From: Callorhinchus milii
Taxonomy: Eukaryota
Assembly (NCBI RefSeq): GCF_018977255.1
Contig: NW_024704743.1
Coordinates: 115,570,001 to 115,634,000, forward strand
DNA length: 64,000 bases
Direction of reading: 5' to 3'
The translations under genes were made by a program, and so were the position numbers. Each line of letters opens with the position of its first letter. Position 1 is the first letter of the stretch. Positions 24,406-38,026 of the stretch are shown one piece after another. The notes beneath the pieces are model-generated. The model worked only from the letters and a program-made list of their open reading frames with translations. It was not told the origin of the DNA and did no database searches.

Positions 24406-26410
24406 ATTATCTGTAATGAGTGAATTGTTTTCCTGTAGAAATTCAGGCTCCTGCAAAGTTGAGAACTGCTATTAAGTAAACAAAAGTTTGCATGAAGAAT
24501 CCCTCCACCAATAGTTTTTTTTCAAAAAAATTATTAACAAAGCCTTCTTGGGTATTTATAGCCTTCTAACATTTGGTTAGTTAAAACTATTTGGTTTGCA
24601 GAGAGTCTTGTGATACCAAGATTGAATTGCAGTACTCTGCTTAGCCCAGTGGAATCTTCATAGTGGCATGAGTTCACAGACTTGATTATTACCAGCAGGA
24701 TAATGTAAGCATTCAGGACAGTTGGCTGTTTTTATTGGTTCTCATTACTTATTCTTATTGGTTTTCACATTGGAAAAATTGTAGTGCTAGGAGACCGAAA
24801 TAGCATAAATAGAAATTAAAGGTTTTCTGACGAACCTTGTTCACAGCTGTCAGTGACTCTCTCTTTCCACCAGCTGCTTTTATTCTAGTGTAAACCTTAA
24901 AACTCTATATCTAAATCTGCAATTAACACACCAGCTGAATCCCATTCCTGATAACCACTTACTGAGAGAATGTTCCCAGACAGTAGTTAAAAGGTTTTTT
25001 TTGAAAGAAATTAATTGCATTTCTTGCAATCTTTGGGGAAGAAGCGTTTAACAGATTTCTGTGTTGCTCATTTCATAGAAGTACATGCTTGGGTGTACTT
25101 AGAAGGAATAGATTTGAAACAGATACACATCCAGATCTGTACCTTTTTTTTCTAACTGCATGTTAATACAGAGATTAAAGTGGAGCTGTCGATTTATTAA
25201 ACATTGCATTCTGTAATTTGCTGGAAAGTTACCTCTGGTAAAGTGTTGGACCGTTATTATTGTAGCTGGAACAAAATGCTGAGTAGAGTAAAAAAGTATT
25301 TTCACATCCCTTTAAAAATATTTTACTAATTTGTATTTGCAAATTAAAACAGAATGCCTTTATATGTGGCTGCTTTGCTCTTGCAGGAGCATTGAGGGGC
25401 ATACTGAAACTTCTAATGTTTTTGTTGCTGTGTGATCCAGGTTTTAAGAATTAACAAATGCTAGCATTTACGGTAATTTGTAATGAACCATCAGATATTA
25501 TGTGGAGGGAGGGAAGGTCAGCTAAGTGTGGGCGAGTGTGTGGGGTGGGGGGGGGGGGGGGAAGGTAAATGGGCTTGATTACTAAGATATGACATGAACA
25601 GCACAACAAAATGAAAAGAGAACATTAGGGGGAAATGGTGGTGATTAAAACAAGCTTACTTACAGTTCCTTAAACCTTCAAAAGCTGCATTATAAGGGAG
25701 GAGAAACTTATGGGAAAATGATTAATAATTTAATCATACATGAAAAGAAAATGTAATTGTATCAAGCCACAGTAAACACGTGAAGTGTAACTTTTGCTGT
25801 AATTACAGGGCTCAATGCCAGAAATCTTGATGTGTGGGAAGTCACTAGAAATTAATTCTGGGCAAAGACCACCGTTGTTTTTTCTTGTGCTGGATTGCTC
25901 GATAATAACCTTGCCCAGATTAGGGCCTTGACATTTTATGTAAATCATAGGGGCCAACAGAAAGGGTTTTGGCATATTTTAGTTTTTAGTGGCACAGAGC
26001 TCTTCTAGAAAGTTCAGTTTCGTCAGTTACCCTTCAGTGTTTCATATGAAGGTCAGTACTTTCCTTTTTTTGTTAAAGATTTATTGGATCTCTCTCCGCT
26101 CCAGAGAGAGAGAGAGATCCCTTACTGTCTCCTCCTCCTTTCTGTGAGACAAGGTCGTCGTTGTAATTGGGTGATGTCATCTTCTCCAGAAAAGGGCTGA
26201 TCATTTTGGCACACGTCACTTTCTACAACAGGGTTTGACTGAAGTATAAGAGCAGTTTTCGTTTCCAAAATAGTATGGGCTCAAGCTGTGTCTAACAGGA
26301 AAGAGGGATGTTCAGCTTCTAATGGTTTCCTTATGCTGGGTGTCTCGGGTTTAATTAAGTGTGTTTTGTTTTAGCAAGTTCAGCTAAAATGCGTGGTTCT
26401 TCACTTGCAG

Positions 26411-26467
26411 AAACCGATGACTACGCAGAGATCATAGATGAAGAGGACACGTACACCATGCCCTCCA
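26411..26467 (+). CDS. PTK2: PTK2 exon with autophosphorylation Tyr (Y397 equivalent; ETDDYAEIIDEEDTYTMPS)
   Basis: ttgcag|AA ACC GAT GAC TAC GCA...TCC A|gtaagt, 57 nt, phase 1/1. Tyr codon at 26422-26424. Confidence 0.97.
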
Positions 26468-27473
26468 GTAAGTACAATACTCGTGTGTAATGGTTTCTAT
26501 GTGGATCATATTTAAGTGTCTGGCAAATTGTACAGCACCAAGTTAAAACGAGTCTGCGTTTCATCTAAGCAGGAGTTCAGAATCAGCTGGCTGGATCTCG
26601 ATGTGAGGAACATACGTGTTCAGAAATTGTTTCAGACATTTTACTGTAATTATAAGGCTGTTGTACAGAAAAAACAATCCGTTCTTGTAGAAAAATGCTG
26701 AAGTCTCTTGTTTATAAGCAATCTTAGTGAGTTTTGTTTGCTTCTCCGTTTATAGAGTATGTTCTACAGCTTGCAGTTTGGGAATTACTTGAAGGTTGTA
26801 AGTTGCTGCTCACACAGTGGGATCTGATACTTTTTTTAAAAAATGCTTTTTTTTAAAAGCCAAAGGAAACAAAGATTCCTCACAATTTGTTTCCCTTTGC
26901 TCTTTCGTAGTTTCCTTTAGACACACATTTCCTTAAATGTATGAGAGTCAGTTGTATCCATGTGGCCATGACTAGCATTGAAATAGTATGAAGTATTGAT
27001 CCTGCAGAGAACTGACTTTGATTGAAGTTCTCCAGTGAGTAATACATCTGCATATTGGTCGGTGATGCACAGAATAATGGACACTTGGAAGTCGATTAAA
27101 GCTGTAACACAATTGAGTGTTCAGATGATTTGACCAGATCCAGTTGTTGATTCATTCATTAACTCCATCTTGGCTAGGTATTGCTTTGCACAGTATACAT
27201 TATTAAACCTATTTTTTAAGAATTTAAGTCACAGCCATTTAATAGTGAACCTGGCGGACAGCATTATGTGCGGGTGAGTGATGTAAGGGAAAGGATATTA
27301 CAGTCCTAATGATGTAATCACTGAACTGTCAACGGATCTTACCAGCGTGAGATACTGGGAAGCTTCCTGCTGGTTGACCAACTAAAACCAATCTGCTTAT
27401 TGCAGGACGTCCTCCTGATATCCTTGAAAGGCACTATATAAATGTAATTTGTTGTTGTTGCGGGTGGTTTTTC

Positions 27474-27526
27474 CAGGTTAGCATGAGCTCAGGTTAGCAT
27501 GAGCTTTTTCCAGGTTAGCATGAGCT
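27474..27526 (+). repeat. Three copies of the 16-mer CAGGTTAGCATGAGCT
   Basis: Copies start at 27474, 27490 and 27511. Confidence 0.9.
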
Positions 27527-28293
27527 GAATGGGATGAATCTCAATTCCAGTGGATTGTTTCATTGACTCTAGCCCCGGTCAACATGGTGCTTGACCCATA
27601 AAATAATGTCCAAGAGCAGTTGAGGTTGATTCGTGATTGCATTGTCATTCCTTGCTATTAAGAAACACTGCTTATTCGCTCATTTGCTGTCCCAGAAGAA
27701 GTCTGGCAGAGGGGAATCTGATTAAAGACATTGAAAAGCTACTATATCATTTAATGAGGTTCCAAAAAAGAGTTTTTTCAGTTAATGTACCACCACTTTT
27801 GCCATTTGTATTGTATCTTATGCTACTTTATACACCTCAATCACTTAGACCTCTTCCTCCTTAAGTGTTCTTAGGTACCAATTAAGGCCCTAATTGGCAG
27901 ACAGACTTTACTTTTCTGACCAGGGAAAAATTCTCTTATTTCCCTTGTTTAAATAACTTTTACAAAAGTCTAGACTTTACTGATGATCAAACAAAGCTAC
28001 ATAACAGCCTTTCTCTTAGCAAATATGAATTTGTGGGAAGAAGACTTCACTGCGTACGGTTATTTTTATATTCTGTTTTTCAAAGATGACTCTCAATTGA
28101 AAATGGGTATTTTCCAATATATTTTCATTTCTTTTGCATTGAAAGATTGATAGTTTTAGCCTACTGTCAACCATTCATTGCACAACATCCTCCATAAATT
28201 GTGCTCCAGCATAAATTGTGCTCACAGTTTGTCTGCAGGAATTATAATGTATACTGATTTCTGATTTTTCCCCCATTCCTGATTGCAATGCAG

Positions 28294-28314
28294 AGAGCTA
28301 TGGGATAGATGAAG
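28294..28314 (+). CDS. PTK2: PTK2 microexon, box 7 homologue (KSYGIDE)
   Basis: atgcag|AG AGC TAT GGG ATA GAT GAA G|gtaatg, 21 nt, phase 1/1. Same peptide as mammalian box 7. Confidence 0.93.
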
Positions 28315-28372
28315 GTAATGGAATTCTGTTTCTTCATCTTTGTGTATGATTATTTTGCTTGCTGCCTGTTGA

Positions 28373-28633
<261 letters not shown>

Positions 28634-30018
28634 TGAACTGGAGAACAAATTAATCCAATATAAAGTCAATGTGCAATAGCAACCCATCACTTTCAAGTGG
28701 TCATGTTGGAATCTCAATAACGGAGTGTAATTTCCAAAAAGATTTGTAAAGAGCAAATGTGTCGAGGCTGACCCTTTGGAATTTTGCCCAAACTCCGTGG
28801 ATATCGAGATCAACGTTTGAGTTGGAGTTCCATTCAAAGGACCACAACACATTTACGATTCACTATTTATATGATCATTTGCGAATCTCGTACGTTTATG
28901 CTCCTATATATTTCTCCATTCTAGGTGCACACCAGCGAGATTGATAACTTTGCTACCAATGAAACTTTGCTTCCTCCTTGATTTCCAATTGAAATTTTGG
29001 GCTAGCTTTCAAATTAGACTTTGGTCAGTTCTTGGCTGAAGGATGAGGTGATGTGCTTTAGGATGACTGAGTAAGCTGCTCACTAGAGTGGAAAAGTTAA
29101 CCAGATGATGTTCCTTGCCCTAGAACCTGAATATCTATATATTTTGATAATTCAATTTTAAGGGTAGCCTCAGGGTAACACTGGAAGATCTATGAATAGT
29201 ACTTGATAAGTGGACTAAAAGTCTCATATCATTGTGCTGTGGTTACAATGGCACAACAATACTCAATATATCCCAAAGTATGATTCATGCATAACATGGT
29301 TTTTAGCACTGTGTTCAATCTATACCATCTAAATGACTTTGACTCTTAAGATTGGACTTCCTGAGTGCGAGGGTATTTTGGAAATTATTTCCATTTTAAG
29401 ACAGAATATTCAAACCAATGAGTTTTTTTAAAAAAAGCTAAAGTATTCCTGTTGTTCAAGTGTTTAAATATCCATTTGATATTCAGTAACTTTAGCTAAG
29501 TTGTGAAATGTTTACTCTCTCAAGTCAAATAAGGCCTTGGAAGTCTTTGATTTACCGAATAGACTAATACAGTAAATACTGGCTCAGTTGAGGCAAAGAA
29601 AATCGTATTAACTGCTGTTTCAGTAAATGATTGGTTCCTGAAACAGAAGCTGGAAGAACTGAATGGCCCTTTCTTATTTGACTTGCATTCCTAGGTGAAT
29701 TTATTATTAACTTTGGAATAGATTTGTTTTATTTTTCCTGTCAGCCTTGGAGAACAAGAAATGTGAGCAATTCATTCAACTGGTCAAACGTTAAAAATTA
29801 GCCACATTGAAGCATAGCTTCAACGGGTAACTTCTAAATCTAAAATATTTTTCAGCAATTGTGCCAAAACAGTCAGGAAAGTAGTTGAATTGAATTTCCA
29901 TCAGCATGGTGCAACCAATAATAAATAATGCATGTGTAAATTGGATGTACAAGAAGCAAGCCTTTCATAGAACTGGTGACTGCTTTCTGTAATACACCTG
30001 AGGTTACCAAACCTTTTC

Positions 30019-30934
30019 TTGGGTATAGGGAAAACAATTTCTAAGTTTACAGATGGTACTAAGCTAGGAAAAGTAGTAAACAGTGAGGAGGATAGTAGCA
30101 GACTGCAAGAGGACATAGACAGACTGGTAAAACGGGCAGACACGTGGCAGATGAAGTTTAATGTGGAGAAATGTGAAGTCATGCATTTTGGGAGGAAGAA
30201 TGAGGGGAGGTGATATAAGCTGATGGAAGAATCTTAAAGGGAGTGAAGAAACAGAGAGACCTGGGGGTTCATATAAGTAAATCTTTGAAGGTGGCAGGAC
30301 AGGTAGATAAAGCTGTTAAAAAAGCATACAGGATACTAAGCTTTATAAATAGGGGCATAGAATACAAAAGTCAGGAAGTTATGATGAACCTTTATAAAAC
30401 ACTGGTTAAGGCTCAGCTAGAGACTGTGTTCAATTCTGGGCCCCACACCTTAGGAAGGATGTCAAGGCATTGGAGAGGGTGCAAAGGAGATTTGCCAGGA
30501 ATGAGGGACTTCAGTTATCAGGAGAGGCGAGAGAAGCTAGAGTTATTCTCCTTGGAGCAGAGAAGGTTAAGAGGAGACTTAATAGAAGTTTTCAAAATTA
30601 TGAGGGGATTCGATACGGTGAACCAGGAGAAACTTACTTTCACTGGCGGGCGGGTTGGTAACCCGAGGACACCGATTTAAAATAGTTGTTAAATGAAACA
30701 GAGGGGAGGTGAGGAGAAATATTTTCACACGGTCAGTTGTTCGGATCTGGAATGCATTGCCTGAAAGGGTGGTGGAAGCCGATTCGATCACAACTTTTAA
30801 GAGAGAAGTAGATAATTATTTGGGGAGGACAAGTTTGCAGGGCTATGGGGAGTGGGATTGAATTGGATAGCACTTTTCAAAGAGCCAGCACAGACACGAT
30901 GGGCTCCTTCTGTGCTGTATAACTTTATGATTCT
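30019..30934 (+). mobile_element. 5'-truncated CR1 LINE (RT C-terminus and 3' UTR)
   Basis: Peptides ISKFTDGTKLG, WQMKFNVEKCEVMHFG and RRLRGDLIEVFKIMRG, with stops and frameshifts; tail tatgattct. Confidence 0.93.
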
Positions 30935-31941
30935 TAATTTGAATGTTGAAAGAACATTGCATTTTGAACATTATTGGTTGCACCAGGCTGCCACGCTGAC
31001 AGAAATTTCACTTGACTAATTTTCTGACCATTCTAGCAGAATTGCTGAAAACTGTTTCACATTTGGTAAGTAGCTATTGAGGCAGTGTCTGGTTTTAAAA
31101 TGGCTAGTTTTGGAACATTTGACTAGTTGAATGAACTAGTTTAATGTTTAAAATGGAAAGTTTATTTTATTACATTTTAAAGTAATTTTAAAATCATTCT
31201 TTATCTAAAGGGCGTTCACTCTCATTGAGTATGGCATGTTTTCAGAGGTGCACCACCAGTTGTAATGAACTCATTTACAAACTAGAGCATGTTGCTACTT
31301 CATTTCAAGGAAGTTCTGGTGTGCTTTATGAGAACATACTGAAATTTGCATTGTAAATGAAATGTTTAAACTGATTTTTGCATTTCTTTAATCATTTACT
31401 TTCTTTGTGTGACACTGTGACAGATAACCTTCACCCAGATTTCTACAGGTGTTACTCGATGAGCTAAACAGTAGCCAGGGAGACTTGCCCTCTGGTTCTC
31501 TCTCTCCTTGTCTGGCAGGGCAGGTCCCTTCAGGGAGAGAATGCACAATCAGGAAAGTTTCCATGTGCACGTGGAATTCGTATGTGGAATTCTATCTGGT
31601 TTGGATACTCTTAAGCATGGTGACGGGTTTCCACATGTGCCAGACAAAAATTTATAAAGAATGTACATGGCATAGAAACAGGTTGCTCAGACCAACCAGT
31701 CCACGCCGGTGTTTATACTACACAAGAGTATTCACCCATTCCTTACTCCTTACCATACCCTTTTATTCCCCTCTCCCACATGTGAAGTCCAGCTGCTTCT
31801 CGAATGCATCTACCCTATCTGATTCAACCACCACTTCAGGAAGCGCGTTCCATCCTTCTCACTGCCCTCTGCATGAAAACCTAGCTGACCAAAAATAAAT
31901 GGTGTTATGGAATGCTTGGTTCATCAGTATCACTTCAGTAA

Positions 31942-32070
<129 letters not shown>

Positions 32071-33982
32071 TAAACAGTTGCGCTTTTCTCATGTAAATAA
32101 ACTGTGACAGCGGGGGGGAGGGGAGGGGGAATAGAAGTGTCAGAACAGCAGTGGTCTTGGAGTCGAGGACTTGGGTGCAGTCCACATACATATGGAAGTG
32201 GGTCCAGTGCCTGTGGGTCATATCAACAAGGGGGAGCATGTAGGTAACAAGGAGAGGACCAAGGATAGAGAGAGAATGTGTAAACTGAGAAATTCCATTT
32301 AGTCCTTTTGCATTAAAATCTATTTTATGAGTTTATTATGAATGAAGTCTGGAAATGCCTTTGTACAGCAGTTGCCCAAGGAATTTGACTTGAATTTTAA
32401 TCTTACAGACTAGAGGAGGAGGAAGGATAGGGATTTTAAGCCAATAGCAGATTACAGTGGATGCACTGTTTAAAAGCTAGCCTGCCAGACTGCAGACCTG
32501 CTTCCGAAGAAGTCAAAGTAATGGCTGATCTGTTTTGAAATAAAACTTTGTGATTTTTCTTGGCTTCTTTTTAACCACAGGATTGTCATTACTCTGTCGT
32601 AGAAGTTAAAAGAAAAAGGACATTTATAATCTTTGAATGGTTGCTCTCTTTTTCTTCACTCTTCTGTAACTTAATTTAGTGGGGATATCAGCTTTAAGTT
32701 TTGTATGAAAAACTGCTTTAGATCGAGGTCAAATAGGTCAAATTATAAAGGCTTTCATTTTAAATACCGTTACCCTTTGAATAATTTTCCTTCGTAGTTA
32801 CTCAACGTCCTCCTCTGGTAATCCAGCAGCCAATTTTCACATTCTTCAATTAAAAGAATGAATTATCACCACCATTCCTTCATTCAAAAGGGATCCCATC
32901 TCTTTGAATATCCTCTTACTTCAATTTAGTTATAAATGCCTTTACAGTTGTTAGCTTTCATATTAGAGCCCACTTTTTTCCCTTCCTAATTTTTACCCTA
33001 TTTCAGTTCTATACCTTTTAGTCTGCTCTGGTTTGGTATTGTGAAATTCATGTTTTATTATAGATTTATTTTTTAAGTCCCATTTTTAAATTAAATTTCT
33101 CACTTCGTCAATTTGTGGCACGCCCTTTACGGTTTGACAGAATGTTTTTAACTTGTGTGCCATCCGGCTCATACTTAAATAATTCCTTCTGCTGGTCCAC
33201 TTTTTTATCTACCAATTTCCATTCAATTATTTGGGGTTGGATCCCTTCATCTCATGGAAATTTGTCTTTTTTCAGTTCTTTGACTCTTTTGTTAACTATT
33301 GAACATAATTATATTTATGGTAGCTGTGCACATGCCGATCCCGCACTATCTTAAATTACAGAAGGTAATTTGAGTGGGAGCTCGATGGTGGGTAATATCC
33401 AATGTGGTTTTAAAGTACACAGTTTATGTTGAATTGGCTTTTCAGTTTTGTTTATTAGAAGCGACTTCTGTTAAAATCAAAATGAAGCACCCAATGATGG
33501 TACAGTAAAACTCACAAGTCTTTATCAGTCAGAACCATAAGATTTAGTGTCTTTCGTGAAGTCCAAGCTCAGGCAAACTATAAATTGTCTAAAATCTGAC
33601 TTAAATTAATAATCACATGCATAGCTCAATTCCATATAAATTTATTTCAAGGCAGCACTATATCTTGGGGTTCGGCTAATTGCTACTATTAAGTGCCTTA
33701 ATCTCTCTTTTTATTCCCTCTCCGCTGATAATCATTGCCCTATTTTTAAGCACAACAAAGGTAGCAGTTGTTACTTCCTGATCATTTTTGGTAAAATTGA
33801 GTTATGTAAATGTTAGCTTTCAAATATTAAGTCAACAGGTTTCTGAGATGTATGGTAAGTGGGATATCACATCACAAGATTTTGTTTTGATTTAGTGCTT
33901 CAGTTGCTGACAACATTTACAAAGGAGGAAATATTTCCTAAGCAGTTTTGTTTTGGCCATCTTAAATAAATTCTTCCTCAAT

Positions 33983-34497
33983 TAACAACAACAACAACAA
34001 GATTGCATTTATAGAGCGCCTTTCACGTCGGGAAGACGTCCCAAGGTGCTGGACAGTTGGGTCGGGACCCGAGCAGGGGGGAAATGATGGGAGGGAGCGA
34101 GGAGGGGGTAGAGAGTCGAGAGGGGAGCTGAAGGCACGGTTGAAGAGAAAGATCTTGAGACCGGCCTTGAAGGAGGAAAGGGAGGAGGCGGCGAAGGCAC
34201 TGGGGGATGGAGTTCCAGAGCCTGGGGGCTGAGAGGCTGAAGGCCCGGCCACCGATGGTAGGGCGGTTGGGGCGGGGGACGTGGAGCAGACCGGAGCCGG
34301 AGGAACGGAGGGTACGGGCAGGTAAGTAGGGGGATAGTATGTCAGAGAGGTAGGAGGGAGCAAGGCCGTGAATGGCCTTGTAGGTGAGGATGAGGATCTT
34401 GAATTCGATCCTCTGGGGGATGGGAAGCGAGCGAGGGTGGGAGTGATGTGGTCGCGTAGCCTGGTCCGGAACAGTACACGAGCTGCAGAGTTCTGAA
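33983..34497 (-). mobile_element. Young L2 LINE 3' fragment
   Basis: Peptide PIPQRIEFKILILTYKAIHGLAPSYLSD. Near-identical reverse complement of 55002-55587. Confidence 0.93.
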
Positions 34498-34931
34498 AGC
34501 AATGTTTTGTGCTGAAGAGATTGAAAGGACTGCACCTACTGGTTTACGTATATTAACTCAATTTAGCACTGCTCCAGGTGTGCATTATTTATTTCATAAT
34601 GTTTCCTATTAAGTTTCATTAGTATTTTTCTGCAGCATCACAAAGACCTTTTTCTTCAGACATCTGTATTTGACCACAATTTGAATATCTACTTAGGCAT
34701 GCAGTAGCATTGCTAGGTAATTTTCCTGCCAGCCTGTTTTGCTTTCTGCAGGAGAAAGCGTGGTCTCTGTTTATCAGAAACATTCAGCGTGTGAAACTAA
34801 GTTATCAAACCGGTTACCAATGTGAAGTACCTAACACATTGTTATACCATGCCATCTTTCTGTGCAGCCATTGGATGCTCAATCTTCACAGTAAGCGCTA
34901 TATCAAATGCAAGGATTATTATTATTATTGA

Positions 34932-35285
<354 letters not shown>

Positions 35286-36433
35286 TAGATTCAGATTTTA
35301 TTTTGTGGCTCTATGCCATTTAGTATGCTTAAATTATATGACATTATGATTACTCTGCTCCCAAATGTAATAATTAATATCTATACTGCCATGGGTTGCT
35401 ACTTGTCTCTAGGTGCGGACAGGATAGTTCTGCAAAATAATTCAAGCAACTTCTAATGTTTTTAGTGGGTGAATCTTGTGTTACAATAATAATAATACAC
35501 TGATCTACCTGAAATACATTGAACATAAATTTTGTTGCATTTTTAACTATATAGTGGTGGGAGGGAAACTTACTGCACTTGACGAGCCCTCTTAGCAAAT
35601 TATTTTTAGCAAAATACAATATATTTTGTGAAGCGCTTTGAGACGTCTCGAAGAATTGATAAGGCGCTATATCAAATGCAAGGATTATTATTTCTGCATC
35701 TGGGCAAAACTTTATAATAAAGGCAGTACAGCACACGGCTAGAATAATACAACAATTCACAACTAATAATGATTGAGAGTTTTAAAACAATGTTTTGCAA
35801 TAAAGGCAGACAATGTTGGAAAATCACAGTAGGCGAATCAGCTCTGAAAGATGAAGACATTTAAAGATTTGGGTGTGACTCCTGAAGGTTTCCAGCATTT
35901 CTTATTTTGTTTGGAATGTGGTTTTGGTTGGACCATTATGAAAATGTAGAAGGAATGCATCCTGGTTTTCAGAATGGCTCAATTCTTGCATTTAGTTGCA
36001 CCCACCCAGCTGTGACACAAGCCAATAATAAATGTTTGGGACATGTGTCTGATGACCTATAGAGGCCATGCGACACAGAAAACCAGGTGCTCTTGATCTC
36101 CCAGACTGAACCCTCTGCCAAGGGATGTTCCACCCCCATTAGTAAATAATAGCAGCCAACTATACAGAAGTATGTACAACCCTCACCATGCATATCAGTT
36201 TGTAACCTCGCTTCTCAACTCAAAAGTGTGTAAATGTACTGTAACCACCCCATTTAAGTATTAACGCTGAGCTGTGAAATACCAGAAAGTTGTCTTCCAG
36301 TTGGGTGACCAAATTATTAATGTAGGTTTCTTGTGTCAAAATGGTTACAATATTTCAGAGTTTTTTTAAAATTATCAACTGTGTATTTTTTTAAAAAAAG
36401 GCTTTGGATTGATATTCACATCTTTTCACTTAG

Positions 36434-36550
<117 letters not shown>

Positions 36551-37175
36551 TGAGTACCTGCAAACCTCAGTCCAGTTCTTCAGTGGAAAATGTAAATGTA
36601 AAACTACTCGAATGCTAACTCTCATCTAATTCTGGTTTGACTGCGTGAGGCATGATTGGATGATGCTTGAATTGGAAACCAAATGTCAGGACGATCAGGT
36701 GTCATTTGAAAAGTTCTCTAAGCACCACTCTCAGTCTGGCTTCTTCCCTGTCTCAGCAAAAAAGTGCTTCTGAGCATATTCTCTTTTTCTCTCCCCACCA
36801 CCACTTTCCCAGAAAAGCTAATTGATGAATCACCCCAAGCTATGAACTCACTCTTCAGCTGCTCAAGGGCAATACAAGTGCCACAATACCTTGTACTCGA
36901 AATGAGTTAGATGTATGAAAAAAAAGATCAAGCTTTCAACCAATAGTGCTAATTGAGTGCCATCTGCTGGATTTAAGAGGAATTGTAGAACAAGCCTTGT
37001 TAAAATTAACAGATTGCAGAGACTCCCATTAATTTTTAAAAGTAATTTTAATTTTAAAAAATTATTGGTATCCTTCTAAGATCAGGATCTGGCAAAAAAT
37101 AACCGTGTGCAAGGTCCTTTGAATTGTTTGAAGTGAAATGGATTCACCTGACAAGATCTTGACACTTCTATTTGA

Positions 37176-37367
<192 letters not shown>

Positions 37368-37573
37368 TAAACCTTTTCTTTGGAAATGTCATCCTGTTTG
37401 ACTGGTTGTTCCGTGCTTATTAAAAATCTTGTAAAAATTTGGGAGATTTTTTAGGGCCTTTCAATCAGGATGGCAGGATACAAACATGTCTGAATTAATG
37501 TTTCAGTTGAATCTAGTTTTTGGTATAATTTATTATGAATCCCATATGGGTCTTCGATATTAATTTTTCAATG

Positions 37574-38026
37574 ATAATAATAATCCTTGCATTTGATATA
37601 GCGCCGTATCACATCTTCAAGACGTCTCAAAGTGCTTCACAGAATATGCTGTAAAGTGTATTGACTGTGTATTGTCAAATCACTTTATAGTATATTCTAT
37701 GAAGTGCTTTGAAACGTCTCAAAGATGTGATAATACGCTATATCAAATGCAAGGATTATTATTATTTTGTGTGCGTAACACAGTAGCCAACTGGACACAA
37801 CAGTGTCCCACAAACAGTTGTGACCAAATTATTATTTCTAATTTATTTTAATTATCCCGTAAAAGCGATCCTCCAATCAACTAACAACCTGGTTCCTATT
37901 TACTGCTAGGGAAACCGAGGCACGTGGAGTAAGGAAACTTGCGCAATGATTCGCCGTGCCTGGGAAGCGAACCTAGGTTCTCTCGCTTGCGAAGCGAGTG
38001 CTCTAACCACTAAGCTACAGGACTCG
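37574..38026 (-). mobile_element. tRNA-Ala-derived SINE with an inverted copy of its own tail inserted
   Basis: Minus-strand head GAGTCCTGTAGCTTAGTGGTTAGAGCACTCGCTTCGCAAGCGAGAGAACCTAGGTTCG shows an A box, a CTCGC/GCGAG stem with a CGC anticodon and a B box; (att)n tail. Confidence 0.85.

Noticed and set aside
26275..26295. ATG GGC TCA AGC TGT (MGSSC, myristoylation-like N-terminus)
   Set aside because: A stop follows after 6 codons and there is no donor linking it to the kinase frame.
37950..38026. tRNA-Ala-like sequences (also 50845-50912) as real tRNA genes
   Set aside because: The acceptor stem does not close and both run directly into SINE body and tail, so they are SINE heads.
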